Source: Lingula anatina
Lineage: Eukaryota > Animalia > Brachiopoda
Reading direction: 5' to 3'
Assembly (NCBI GenBank): GCA_051362555.1
Contig: CM120641.1
Coordinates: 6,324,001-6,388,000 of the forward strand
DNA: 64,000 nucleotides
In this document: positions 13,901 through 25,901 of the stretch, piece after piece
Layout of the letters: each line of letters opens with the position of its first letter
Position numbering within the stretch: position 1 is the first letter of the stretch
Program-made: the position numbers and the translations under genes
The notes under the pieces: model-generated
Told to the model about the DNA's origin: nothing
The model's database searches: none
What the model saw: only the letters and a program-made list of their open reading frames with translations

Positions 13901-16900
13901 TACATTGATTTTGTGTTCATTCAGATATCTTGGTTTGGACCCCAGTAGACGGCACAGTACTGCAGCAGTATTCGAGGGCGGTTTGCTACAAACTACGACC
14001 AAAAAAGGCAAAGACATAGTTGGGAAGCTGACAATCAGTGAACTCATCGACCGTTTTAAGAAGACTTTGGTGAAAGCTGTGGATATTGTGACTTGCTCTG
14101 GTAAATGTTTGCCCTCATGAAGAATTGAATCTAAATGCCTTTATGTACACATTGTAAAATTAATATTGAGGCAGTCTAGTAATTTTTTCTGAAATTCTAA
14201 ATTTGGCAACAGAAGAGGTTTACTTTATTAGCTGTATTTAGGTGAGGACAGTGCCATCTGAATTTGTCAATAGAGTTGAATTCCACCACAAAGGAGACAT
14301 TTCATGAAAGATTTCATTCACATTTGATTCATTTATTTTGTTCTGTAGGACAAATTGACATTGAGTGTCATGTGAAGAAGTTGCAGTTGATGGGTAAAGA
14401 TGATTCCAATCCAGCCACACATGAACATCATTTCCAGAGATTTCTGCTGAACTTTTTACTCAAAGCTCTAGCTGAATCTCAGGTAGGATTTTTAAATTTT
14501 GTTTTGAATTGACAAAAACTTATCAATATCTATTTTCATAATTCTGTGCAGTATATTGCTTTGGCATTTAGGTTGTTTTGTAATGTATCACTTTCTTTAT
14601 GTCTATTCAGGAAAGACAGAAAGGCCCCAAAAAAGAATGGAACACTCTCTTGTGGTCATCAAAAGATTTGATAAGGGTTGAAGTGAGTATGTCTCACTAA
14701 AATATATTTAGATATTTCAATGCATCAAAAAGAAATACCAAAATAGCACAATTTAAAATGTTAAGTCTGTCATGACATAAATTCAGTCTTCTTGCATGCA
14801 AATTGGACAATTATTTAACGTAGTACTGTAATACATGAAGATAATATCCATTTACAACATGCCTGTTTGATCTAATATGGTTACTGTTTTAGTTCATCAA
14901 GTTACTGGTGTTCATGTTGTCCCCGGTCCAGTACTTGGCACAGAGAACCTTTGCAGTCAGTTGTATTGTACAACTGGACAATGCTGGAGATCTGCTCAAG
15001 CTCTCTCTCAGTTCATCTTCTGCAGTTAGTATTTTTCATTACAATATTTTGTTTTATATTATGGATAGTAGATTTTTCCAGTGCCTAGTTTGTGATATTT
15101 CTTGTGGTAGGGATGTAAACATAAAAGTAAAAATTGCCTGAATTTTTTAATACTTAAAAGAAAAGTAAATTGTCACAGACAATTCATTGTATTTTTAAAT
15201 ATAAAAATATAGTCTCAGTTGTTTGCCCTAGCAAGTAAGTCTCTACATGTATTATTTCTATGAAAACTATGCATGGTAAGCCTGAACGTTGATGATTTAT
15301 TAAAAGTTTTTTTACAATCCAAATTTTCAATGTTGCAGCAGGGCCCCAGGGTGGCGTATTACCTGTATGAACTGTACACGTGTCATGAGGTCAGCTTTCA
15401 GGACAGGGAGGCTGGCAGGGTATTGATGAACACATTGAAACAATGTGATATTACACCCATACTGCCAGACACTTCTCTGTCAGAGGATCAAGAAGCTGGT
15501 ATTGAGGAGGTATTGTTTTTTATTTAGTGTTTTACTTTGGTCCTGAAAAATTGGAAAAAAAACTGAAATAGCATATATTGTACTCGAGTGGCCAGCATAT
15601 TTCAACTTTATCTTTTAATTTTTTAAGATGGCTGTAATGAATTATTACTTTGCACTAAAGGAATTCAGTAAAAAAAAATGTGGCAATGGCATTTTCAGTG
15701 TAACACTTAACATTTTTGATTTCAGGATATAAAACATTGGGCAGCAGATGACAAGAAAGCAAAAAAGAGATGGATGAGTAGAAGAAAAGAAGTAGAAAAC
15801 AGGTGTTATGATTAAGCCAAATTATTTTGACGTTTTTAAGTACTTTATTTTTACTTTTTGTCTAGATAAGATATCTTTTAGATAGCATTAAAATTAATTA
15901 AACAGAATTCATTATTTTTTCAGCAATATAGATGTTTCTAGTTTCAAACGTCAAACCTATTTATGCAGCTTTCACACAGGTGTTACCAAAACGTGAAATG
16001 GAAATGTGCTTTACCAGCTCTCTCTCCTATTCCACCAGAATCATCCACAAGCCAGACACTCTAGCCAAGCAACTGTCCACTCATGCCATGGAGGAGACAC
16101 AGACAGTGGTTAATATACAGAGCCTGGAGAGAAGCAAATTTATTGACCACATCAAACTGTCCATGGCCAACAGTTTGCAGATCAAAAAGGCGTGGCATCA
16201 TTTGGTGGAGCAACTTACTCATGAAAGGTAACTGCATGGGCTCATGTTTATCCTTTGCAGCATTGAATTTGCACAAGATCTTTTATTCTTGATATTTGGA
16301 AAGACTATACCTTGTTGTACTAGTTGATTGAATCTCAGTCCCATGAATTTTTGGCTGTATGCATAAGACTTCAAAAAATAATCACAGAATGAAAGAGGTT
16401 TTTAAAATTTTGTATATGTTCATCAGAATTTAACTTACAATTGTTGTTTGATAGATGATTGACAAAGGCCAAAAATAAAAAGTGTCACAACAAAAACATG
16501 AAATAACATTACTCATTACTTCACATGCTTTGTATTCTAGGGCAGTGTGGTATAGCCCAAGTACCTATCCCAAGTCCTGGCAATTAGACCCCACAGAAGG
16601 ACCCTGGCGAGTGAGGAAAAGACTTGAGAGATGTCATTTATTGTTAAGAGAGAAGTTTTTGAAACCAGACCATCAGGGGAAACTGAGTAAGCAATAAGAA
16701 TATTTGCAATGTTTTTGGAACTTTTTATTTTTAGTTTGATTTATGCAAATGCTGACTTCCAAATAAGTAATCGGACTTATCAATTAAGTTTGTATATATT
16801 TATCTGATTCAAGCTATTTGTTAATTATTTTTTACTCCACTTTTAGGAACAGCTGACTTCAAGGGTCCTTTGACATATCTCTTTGAATCTGATGACCAAA

Positions 16901-19900
16901 TGTCTGACTCTGCAAAACTCATCTACAGGCTACATACTAATGAGAAGATAACGTAAGTTTTACATTTCATTCTTTTAAAAATATGACTGGTCTTCTTATA
17001 GTAGTAAGGACATGAAAAAATAATTTCAACAAAACAAAGACTTGCAGTACTGATATAATGTCTATGAGGTGATAAAAAAAGTTCATTGCTTCTTGTGTGG
17101 ACTGATTTTTTTCTATTATTAGGCTAACCATGAGGAGCACTAATGTTACCCCAGTGATAGAAACACCAGGAGAGATATTGGTTGGTGAGTATGGAAACAC
17201 TCATTTTGAAAACTGAGATTAACATTTACAGAATTCGGCATTTATTAGGAAATAAGGTAAAAGATATAAAAAAGCATTTGGGAACATGTTTGGGTATCAA
17301 TCAGCAAGGTGAGTAAGGTGATTTATTGTCCACAAATCCAAATATGAGTTTTTGTTTTCTCATTTTAATTTCCTTCTGCAGGTGAGAACAATGTTTACTT
17401 TGTTGGTGATGCAGCAGTGAAGCAAGGAAATACCACACAGGTATTACCAAAATGATATTAACACCAGCAATTACACACACACACACACACACACACATTT
17501 AATTGTACTCAAATCATAATCTGTGTATGCTGTTAGATCATTCTCATTTTTTGTTTTCTGAAATATTTTTCAAGTCCTTGGTTAAAGACAGAGAATTCTC
17601 TTGTCAATTTTTAGAATGAGGAAAGATGCAGTCAGTCAGATTATACATAAGAAACAATTATGTTTTTTTATAGATTTTAACTGAAGAACATGACATGCTG
17701 TCTATGACCTGGCCTCATGAAGAAATCAAGGAACTGCACAAGAGAAGGTTTCAGTTGAGGGATAATGCATTGGAAATATTTTTGACCAGTGGCAAGACTT
17801 GCTTGCTGGCATTTGAATCCACCAGAGTAAGTACCAAAACAGTACAGAATTTATTGATATTCATACATAATACCTCACTATGGTGTGGATCCAATTTTCA
17901 AACCTTAAAGTTTTCAATAGAATATGTAAGATTATTCTACTAGCACCAGATTCATTTAGTTATAATAAATGATGATACTGAATAAGATAAAATGTTTAGA
18001 TTTGAAAGATGAAAAATAGAAGTATTTTCAAATACCCATGAAATAAAGTTTTGATAAAATTCTACTACCAGGACAGAGACCAGCTCTTCCGTCACCTTGA
18101 TGTCCTTGAACTGGCCAATCAGATCAAAGGCGAGGATCCAAGCATGGTGACACAGCTGTGGATGGAAGGACGGATGACCAACTTTGAGTACCTGACTCAT
18201 CTGAACAAGATGTCAGGAAGATCATTTAATGATTTGATGCAATATCCAGTGTTTCCTTTTATCCTCAGTAACTACACCAGTAAGGAAATAGATCTGGAGG
18301 ATGAAAATATATACAGGTGTGTGAGTGTGCACACTAGTGTGTGTGCATGTGTATTTTTTTTCTTACAGAAAATAGTAATATATATATGTAAATGTTTCTT
18401 TTCATTGTCATTCTTTTTTATTGTGCATCTTTTAAAAATATTATTTAATTATAATTTCCCTTGGTCTCTGAATGTTTACCAACATGAGCCATTGTATTGT
18501 GATTTAACTTACTATTTGTTTTAATATCCTTGGTATGAATAAGATTTTACCACATTTTTACATGATCGAAGGTAATCAGCAAATTGTTATAAATTGCATT
18601 TCAACAGTTTTCAAATTTTTAACGTTTGTTTTCTTTAGGAAATTGGATCGTGCTATTTCAATTCAAGAGAAAAGCAAGGAAGAAAAATACATCACAAACT
18701 ATGAGGTAAGGGAAAAAACTGATGATAATGTTACGTACAATTTTATGTATTCTTTTTCAGAATAATCATGACAAGTCAGGTATATCCTATTTTCCTGCTC
18801 CTGGGTCACAATGTGAATTGGTTTGTTAAATAAGGTGTGAAATATTTCTCATGACCTTTGTTATCCATTTTCAGACATTAAATGATAAACCGAAAAAGGT
18901 AACTGTTTCACTTAATTTTGTTTTGAAATTTTGAAAAAAATTTTAAATTTTTTCTTTTGTTCATTCATTTTAACTGACAGGCAAGCGCATCAAGTGAAGA
19001 TATAGTGGACAAGATACTAAAATTTTAACCTGGATTTTTAGTGATAAGGATTTTTGTTCTTTGCAGCTTTTTTTTAAAGAAAAATGAGTAGAAATTGGGC
19101 ATTTTGTAAGAACTCTATCATCGTGGTTTGATGTTTCAATTACTCTTACATATTAGTTCTATGTATTATATATTTATTTTTGCACTTGGACATTGTTTTT
19201 GCACCTTTCATTTCATAATGTTAGTAGAGGTCATTTAAATGTGGAGGTATTTGATACATTGCAATCTAACATTTCCTGGGGACAGTGGTGGAATGTGATG
19301 ATCAGATATAATTGACCTTTTGTGCCATAGTATTTTGTTGTATTGAAAAAAGTAACATGTCAAATACAAAATTATATTTTGTTATATTTGAAGAGAATAA
19401 ACTAGCCTGAAAAAAAAAAACTGCAGATGTTATCACTGTGCAAGATTAACGTTGGTCTTTCAGATTCATTAAAGTTTTGAAAATAGAGATTATTTTTGGA
19501 CTTGGTCCTTGTACATGTATGTATTTTAAAATTGTGACATGATTTACACTGAAGTCAGATCCAGAAACTTCCAGCAAGAAAAAGCAATCTTCAAAACTTA
19601 TTATTCCCAGAGACCTGGAGCTTGACTTAGCAATCCCTGAACACAGCATGGGTATGATGCTATGGGAAACTGATATTCAATTGTTTTATATCCAGATATT
19701 ACAAGCTGAGTATGAGAAGAACATTGCAGACCCCATGGTAGAGAACTCTGGGTTTGTAGTAGAACCCTACCACTATGGTTCCTTGTACTCCAACAGTGGA
19801 ACTATCCTGCATTTCCTTGTGAGACTTCTGCCATTTACCAGGATGCATTTATCCTACCAAGGTACGGAAGAAACACATTTTCTTATACATTCTATGGAAA

Positions 19901-22900
19901 ACAGAAATTGTGTGTTGTTTGAAGCTTGATGTGAATTATATACTGGTAGACTATAAGGCAATAAATAAAATAAGTCACAGATATGAAAAGGAAAATCCAG
20001 TCCCACAATAATGGTGAAATAATATTACTAAAATTTGTTTTATTCTATGGGTCTGCTGTTGTGTATCCATTAAAAAATGTCTTCACTGTCATTTAGAAAT
20101 TATGTCATAGATCGGATTTAGTTGTGTAAGGTGGAAGCAGTTTTTATCTAAGTTGTTCTGAAGAAACAAATCTTGTTGGTGACTTGTTAAGAATGGGTTT
20201 TTTATACTAGACTTATATATTTAAGTTTTTTTTCCAATATTTCAGACAATAATTTTGACATCCCAGACCGCCTGTTCCATTCTATGGACACATCATGGCG
20301 CCTTGCCAGCTTTGAGTCCAGTACAGATTTCAAAGAGTTGATTCCAGAGTTTTTCTTTCTGCCTGAATTCTTGGAAAACAATGAAGGTATACTGAAGTTA
20401 TTTTACAAAATTTTATTTTTATCATACAAAAGGCAAAGCAATTTTTTCCATAATGTTAACAAAGAACTATACAGATTATCCATTTGAATTTTCAAGTTAT
20501 AATAAACAAGAGGTTATCTATTTTTGTTTCTGGCAAACTCCTTGTGTCTGATAAAAATTTCTGGCTTCTCATACCTCTTCATATTACAGGATTTAATCTT
20601 GGAACAAGACAAGGGGGAGAAGTTGTAGAGAACGTTCTCCTGCCACCCTGGTGTAGAAACAACCCCAGGCTTTTCATCCTTATCCACAGACAGGCCTTGG
20701 AGTCCACCTATGTGTCTAATAATATCCACAACTGGATAGACCTCATCTTTGGTTTTAAGCAGACTGGGAAGGCGGCCGTTGATGCATTGAATGTCTTCCA
20801 CCCAGCTGTGAGTCATGTTCTATATGTATCACTTCAAATTTTTAGTGTAGATGAAGTACTCTCCTGTTTAATGTGTAATTTTATATGTTAAATGCTTGGA
20901 TTTGATTTTCTTCTTTGTATTTTTCTAAATGAACTATTAAATGAAAAAAATCTTTCAAAATTCTTCCGCAATCTTTTTGTATAAATTGTTACTTTTTAAA
21001 AATATTTATCCTCCCTGTATATTGTATCAGTATAGAATTTAAACAGTTTGGTACACCATAACAACTTTATTTTTTTCTATATGAAAATAGCGATTTAAGA
21101 TACAATTGAGCAAATATTCTTCCCCTTGTAGTGTTATTATGGAGTGGATGTAGACTCAATAAAGGACCCTCTTAAAAAGAATGCCAGCAAGACCATGATC
21201 CGTACCTATGGCCAGGTCCCTAAGCAGCTGTACCCCAGACCACATGTAGCCTGCCAGCTGCCTACAGAGTCCAGTGCAGCTAAGATGATATCTAACTTGT
21301 TGTTTTTACCATCTGAGAAACCTCTGCAGCAGGCAGGAAGGATAGAGAATGAGAGGAGACAAGGAAAGGTGCGAGAAATTGCTTGGCTCAAAAGTACATG
21401 ATGTCTAATAGTATAATTTAACTTTTGTGCAATTTCATAATGCCCTATTTGAAAAATGTGAAATTACATTTCAGAGTTTAAATTACATACTGCAATATTA
21501 TAACCGTCATATTCACAGAAAGTAGTTTTAAGCTAACATACTCTTATGGTTTTAGTAGATGAAATGCCAATAAAGCTATATTACAGGTCTTGAGCTTTAC
21601 AACCCCCCCCCCCCCCCCCCCTCTTGATTACATCTCTCTTATCATCACAAAATCCTAACATGACATGTATTATGTCTTACTCATCAGCTGCAGCCATTAT
21701 GGGAAGTCCAGAACTTGAAGTGGGGTAACTACATAGGTTCTCCTGACTGCCCTCTACCTGCTCTGACTTGGAGCCAGTCTTACAATGCTGTGGTGGCAGC
21801 ACTGGTAGCTCTGCCCACTGGGGAGGTGTTTGGCCTATCTGACAACAGCTGTTTGCTTACCATGTACAGCAAAGAGAAAGGTGAGTCTCATTGAGGTACC
21901 AGTCCAGCAGAAGACCACCTTCAGTGAATGTAATTTACATTGAAATTGAATATGAAATTGAATATGAAATATTCCTGTGAAAATAATGACAGTCAGAATT
22001 TGCGAAAGTTACTCTGTTGTCATCACATAAAAAAATCTTGTACTTAATTTTTTTCAATCATATTACTGTGAAAATATCAGCAATACAGTTATTACCTGCC
22101 TCACAGCAGGCTTAAGTTATGGGGCTTTGGAAAAATGTGCTGATTCAAAAAACGTGTTTACATCTATACATATACTTTGTAAAACCAAAATTTTAAGATA
22201 TAATTTGCCACAACTTTCTAGAAATCAGTCCTTGGTCTTCAAACTTTTTCTGACCCACATTGCAGGTGTTACTACCATAACGACCACTGATATCACCTGG
22301 GCAGGTATTGTGAGCTGGGGACATGCAGACAGCATTGTTAGAATACAGAATAAGAAAAATCAGCCTCCTGTTAATTTTCTTCACTGGAACACCAATGAAC
22401 AGGTATAAAGCTAAAGAAATGCTCCAGATCTAATTCACTTTAATTTTAGTGAAGAGGAATTGGTTGTAATGGAGTGAGTGTCAGTTGTGTTGTAAGATTA
22501 ATTGGTTTTAATAATTACCCTAAGGTACATGTTCATATCATTGTGGTAGGGTGGGTGGATTGTGTCTTGTCTGCATTATCATATGGTAACCAGACATGGT
22601 GTGTTTGCATATATGTGCTCAGTCATATGTGTGCATACATGCATGCAGATATGCCTTTCTTTTCTGTGCTAATATCAATCAGGAAGTAAAAATAATATTA
22701 TACTAAACAACACATATATACTATTCCAGATAACTTGCTGCACCTCAGTCCCAGACTGCAAGCTGTTGTTCTTTGGGGACACATCAGGAGTGGTCACTGT
22801 CTACAGCACTAAGTTCAACACTACAAAGGTATGACCACATAAACTAGTTCACATTTCAAATGGACTCTTAGGTAGAGTTGCTCACAGTCTAAAATATATA

Positions 22901-23847
22901 TAACTTATTTAATTGCTTAATAAATAAACTTAATAAGCACTGTACTGTACATATTTATCCTCACTAATTGACATTTAAATTACTTCAGTAGTATTTATGC
23001 TAAGCACACTGAAAAAAGATTTCTGAAAATTTGCAGAAAAAAATTAAGTAAAATTAAAATAACTTTAAGAATATAAGCCCTAATAACGAGCTTTGAAAGT
23101 AATTTTCAAATATTGTAAGATGATATTAGAAATTTGTACAGCTCTGAGATAGAATTAAGTTTTAGAAAGTTGGCACTCAACAAAATAAATGTTGATTGTT
23201 TTTCCCAGGCATGTGACATCCAAGTGACGGGCCCCCGCCAATGTTTGTATGGTCACCAGGGGTCTATTACTTGTCTTGAAGTCTGCAAACCTTTCAGCAT
23301 CTTTGTCAGTGCAGGAGAGGATGGCCGCTGTATTATATGGGACCTCAACAGGTATACCACAAGGTTTTTGTTTTCATCAGTTTATGTATAGGTCATTGCA
23401 TGTTTTTCTGTTCCCATTGTAATTTTGTGCAGTCACAGCAGTAATGGAACATACACTGTATAGCCATCACCTGTATCTTTTTGCGTCCTTGGAACTGTTT
23501 AAGTTTCTCAGTTTTGTATTAATGTTTGGTCAGTTAGCCCTTTTTCCCTTAATTATCTTTCCCATTTTAGGCTTGGATATGTGAGATGTATTAAATGCCA
23601 TGTGGAGCCAGTAAATGCACTTGCCATCAGTGATACACTGGGAGACATTGCTACAGCAAGTTACACAGGTAAACACTCAAGCCACTGGCTACTACAATTA
23701 CAAGAAGTAGACTTTTGTCTCAAGCTAACCAAATTAACTTAACAGTGGTTCCATTGCCCAAGTGTACCTGTTTGTTCTGTTACATTTGTGTTCGTTATAT
23801 CAAGATGTGCCCACATTTTTATCACAGACAATCATTTGATTTTTATT

Positions 23848-23878
<31 letters not shown>

Positions 23879-24809
23879 TATATGAAATTTTTAGAATTTT
23901 TAGGTTAAGGAAGCAAAATTAACTTAGCAGTGGTTAGATTGCCCAGTTGTATCTGTTTGTTCTGAAACAACATCATTGGTGTTCATGATATCAAGATATA
24001 CCACATTTCTATCACACTCAAAGATAAATCTGATTTTTCCGAAGCAAACTAAATGTTGATTCTCAAGGAGGTATCTGTATTACTAGTATGACTATTCCAG
24101 GTCAGGGCAGCAAGCTGTACCTGCACACCATCAATGCCAGGCTGGTGGCAGAGTATGACTGCAGGGAAAGGATCTTCTGCCTGACATACTCCACGGCACC
24201 AGAAGGAAGGTCCATCAATGTGATAGCTGGAGGGCTGGATTTTGGTATTATCAGGTGTGTTAAACCTTCTAAGGTGCGAGATATGAACAGTTTGCCTTAA
24301 TTTTTTCACCTGCATATTCTTTATATTGTATATAGCAATACAGTTGGATCTATTTATATAATATTACAATATATAATGTTTGTTATTGCCTTTTTTCCCA
24401 GACTGTGGAGCAGCTGGGATCTGCAGGCAGTCCGAGACATTCGTCACGCTGACATGGGAACAGCTATAATGAGGTATGGTAAGACACAGGGATCGTTGGT
24501 TTAGCTGTGCATTAAAAGATCCCATAGTATGTGCTAAAGATGATGAGAAGAAATGTATTTGATGCATTTGTTTGTTTAGTAGTAAGGTGTTTTATGGGTG
24601 TAACTTACAGAGAACACATGCCTTCTTCTTGAATATGAGTTAGCTAAATTTACATTTGTAATGAGAGTATCTTCCTTTGTTTTTCCAGCTTAACTTTTAC
24701 TCATGATAACCAGAGATTGTTCAGTGCCAACACAGATGGCATGGTGATGATGTGGTCAAAGACCTCCAACAACAAAATAAAGCCACAGTTTATACCATTC
24801 TTGCAGTGA
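4936..24809 (+). CDS. LYST: Lysosomal trafficking regulator (Chediak-Higashi/Beige protein), 5'-partial, 41 exons, ~2266 codons in window
   Basis: Exons: 4936-5129, 5388-5657, 6007-6177, 6482-6763, 7178-7376, 7972-8121, 8405-9232, 9569-9711, 10261-10430, 10652-10781, 11035-11135, 11641-11730, 11973-12058, 12224-12430, 13436-13646, 13925-14100, 14349-14482, 14611-14682, 14893-15024, 15339-15509, 15726-15802, 16039-16227, 16541-16686, 16847-16952, 17123-17184, 17382-17440, 17674-17826, 18072-18316, 18639-18705, 19696-19861, 20246-20386, 20590-20807, 21132-21368, 21688-21880, 22266-22402, 22730-22828, 23209-23351, 23571-23668, 24101-24254, 24402-24473, 24689-24809 (TGA). All introns are GT-AG and phases chain without a break. 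LYST-like peptides: [93 protein letters not shown]. Confidence 0.95.
9772..10260 (+). repeat. Intronic ~115-bp direct duplication, second copy interrupted by a MITE
   Basis: gctagaagtacttggaatttgccc...agaattggatttaaacacagctccattgccag (9772-9887) versus gctaaaagtacttgggatttgccc...[MITE]...agaattggattgaaacacaaagtttcatttccag (9970-10260). Confidence 0.8.
10027..10194 (-). mobile_element. 168-bp MITE with TIRs CAGAGGCGGAT/ATCCGCCCCTG and 5-bp TSD
   Basis: aaact occurs on both sides (10022-10026, 10195-10199). Reverse-complement homologue of 1608-1774 and 4262-4430. Confidence 0.88.
11261..11420 (+). mobile_element. Partial copy (one arm plus centre) of the foldback element at 30041-30310
   Basis: Shares actctcac, tcagattaa.agac, ataatcaccagctt and ccaggagg in the same order with 30095-30203. 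Confidence 0.6.
17123..21250 (+). other. LYST: PH-BEACH domain-encoding exons of LYST
   Basis: PH: [29 protein letters not shown]: [91 protein letters not shown]. Confidence 0.92.
17473..17497. repeat. (AC)n microsatellite
   Basis: Uninterrupted ac run in a LYST intron. Confidence 0.95.
21603..21621. repeat. Poly-C run
   Basis: 19 consecutive C in a LYST intron. Confidence 0.9.
22266..24809 (+). other. LYST: C-terminal WD40 repeat-encoding exons of LYST
   Basis: [36 protein letters not shown] and following WD-like segments, ending ...KPQFIPFLQ*. Confidence 0.88.
23731..24038 (+). repeat. Intronic ~115-bp tandem duplication separated by an A-run/(TA)n microsatellite
   Basis: aaattaactta.cagtggtt..attgccca...ctgtttgttctg...atatcaagat...ccacattt.tatcaca at 23731-23844 and 23916-24038. 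Microsatellite at 23848-23883. Confidence 0.85.
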
Positions 24810-25541
24810 TGAACAGATTTCAAGCAACAAAATATGTCAATTTCTTGTTAATTGGTGCTATTTATATATCAAATTCATATAAGCAATGTACAGTATTTTG
24901 GTAGATCTATTTTAGTAGATCTATGAGCACTTACAGTACAAGGTCAGTGGTGTTACATGTAGGTCACAAAGTTAGGTACTCTGTAGAAGGACTGTATTGT
25001 GTGAAATATTTTTCAGGTTGGACTTTTTTAAAAGAAATAGCTTACATTATAAAATCACCCCCATCTATTCTTAGATATTTTTCATAATTTTATAATGTGA
25101 TTTTTGACTGCCAGGCAATTGAAAAAAGAGTCATATTTTAAAAGGGCAGGAACCCTCCTGGGAATGTTTGAAAGGTCAAAATGAAATGTGTGTAGTTATG
25201 TTATATTTATAAAGTGAAAGACAATTGACTGTTTAAAAGAAAGAAACAAACAAAATCATGACATTAAGAAACAATGTTGATCATGTTTTCTTTATATGAA
25301 GACTTGCTCACAAAGCCATGTCCAAAATGGCCAGTTCTGTTAATGTATAATCGTGCTGTTGGTGCTTTGAAAAGATTGTTGTAACAGTATAGTATTGGTG
25401 CATATGAAAGTCATTTTTGAAGGTTTTGAATTAATGATTAACATTTGACAAAAACAGGGTACTAGTAGCATATGTTAATAGACAGCAGCCTCCTTTATAT
25501 ATATACAGGAAATCAAATTTCCAGTAGCGTATAATGCTCAG

Positions 25542-25847
25542 AATAAAACAGTATTGAATCGCATAAAAACACTAAGCTTATTTTATTTATAGATATATGA
25601 TGGTTAACTATATTACACTAAGTGACAATAAAATAAGTTTTCTGTAGTTCTTGGTTTCATTCTTTACCCCCCTTCCCCTTCACAGCACCATGCACTTCAT
25701 CTGTAGGTATAAATATTTCCTTTTCATCTTTATTACAATTCTGTATAAACATCAAAAGGATTAAATTATTTATAATCTTAATAAATAATATAATACTAAA
25801 AATAGTCAATCTGATTTAGCAGATGAGTATTTTACAAAACCTTTATT
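25542..25847. terminator. Interleaved candidate polyadenylation signals of the convergent LYST (+) and ASB (-) genes
   Basis: AATAAA on + at 25542, 25627 (followed by a GT/T-rich tract) and 25780. TTTATT (AATAAA on -) at 25582, 25729 and 25842. Confidence 0.5.
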
Positions 25848-25901
25848 GCATGCAATTATTGAAATGAACAACAGATGCATTGGACTTCTGCATTCATTTG
25901 C

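Noticed and set aside
4936-24809. Minor-spliceosome (U12) or non-canonical introns in LYST
   Set aside because: All 40 donors read as ordinary GT and none matches GTATCCTT/ATATCCTT.
24807-24812. TGA stops as selenocysteine or readthrough (LYST, CCDC32, RhoU)
   Set aside because: Stops fall at the expected family C-termini, LYST has TGA TGA in tandem, and no TGA-CTAG context is present.
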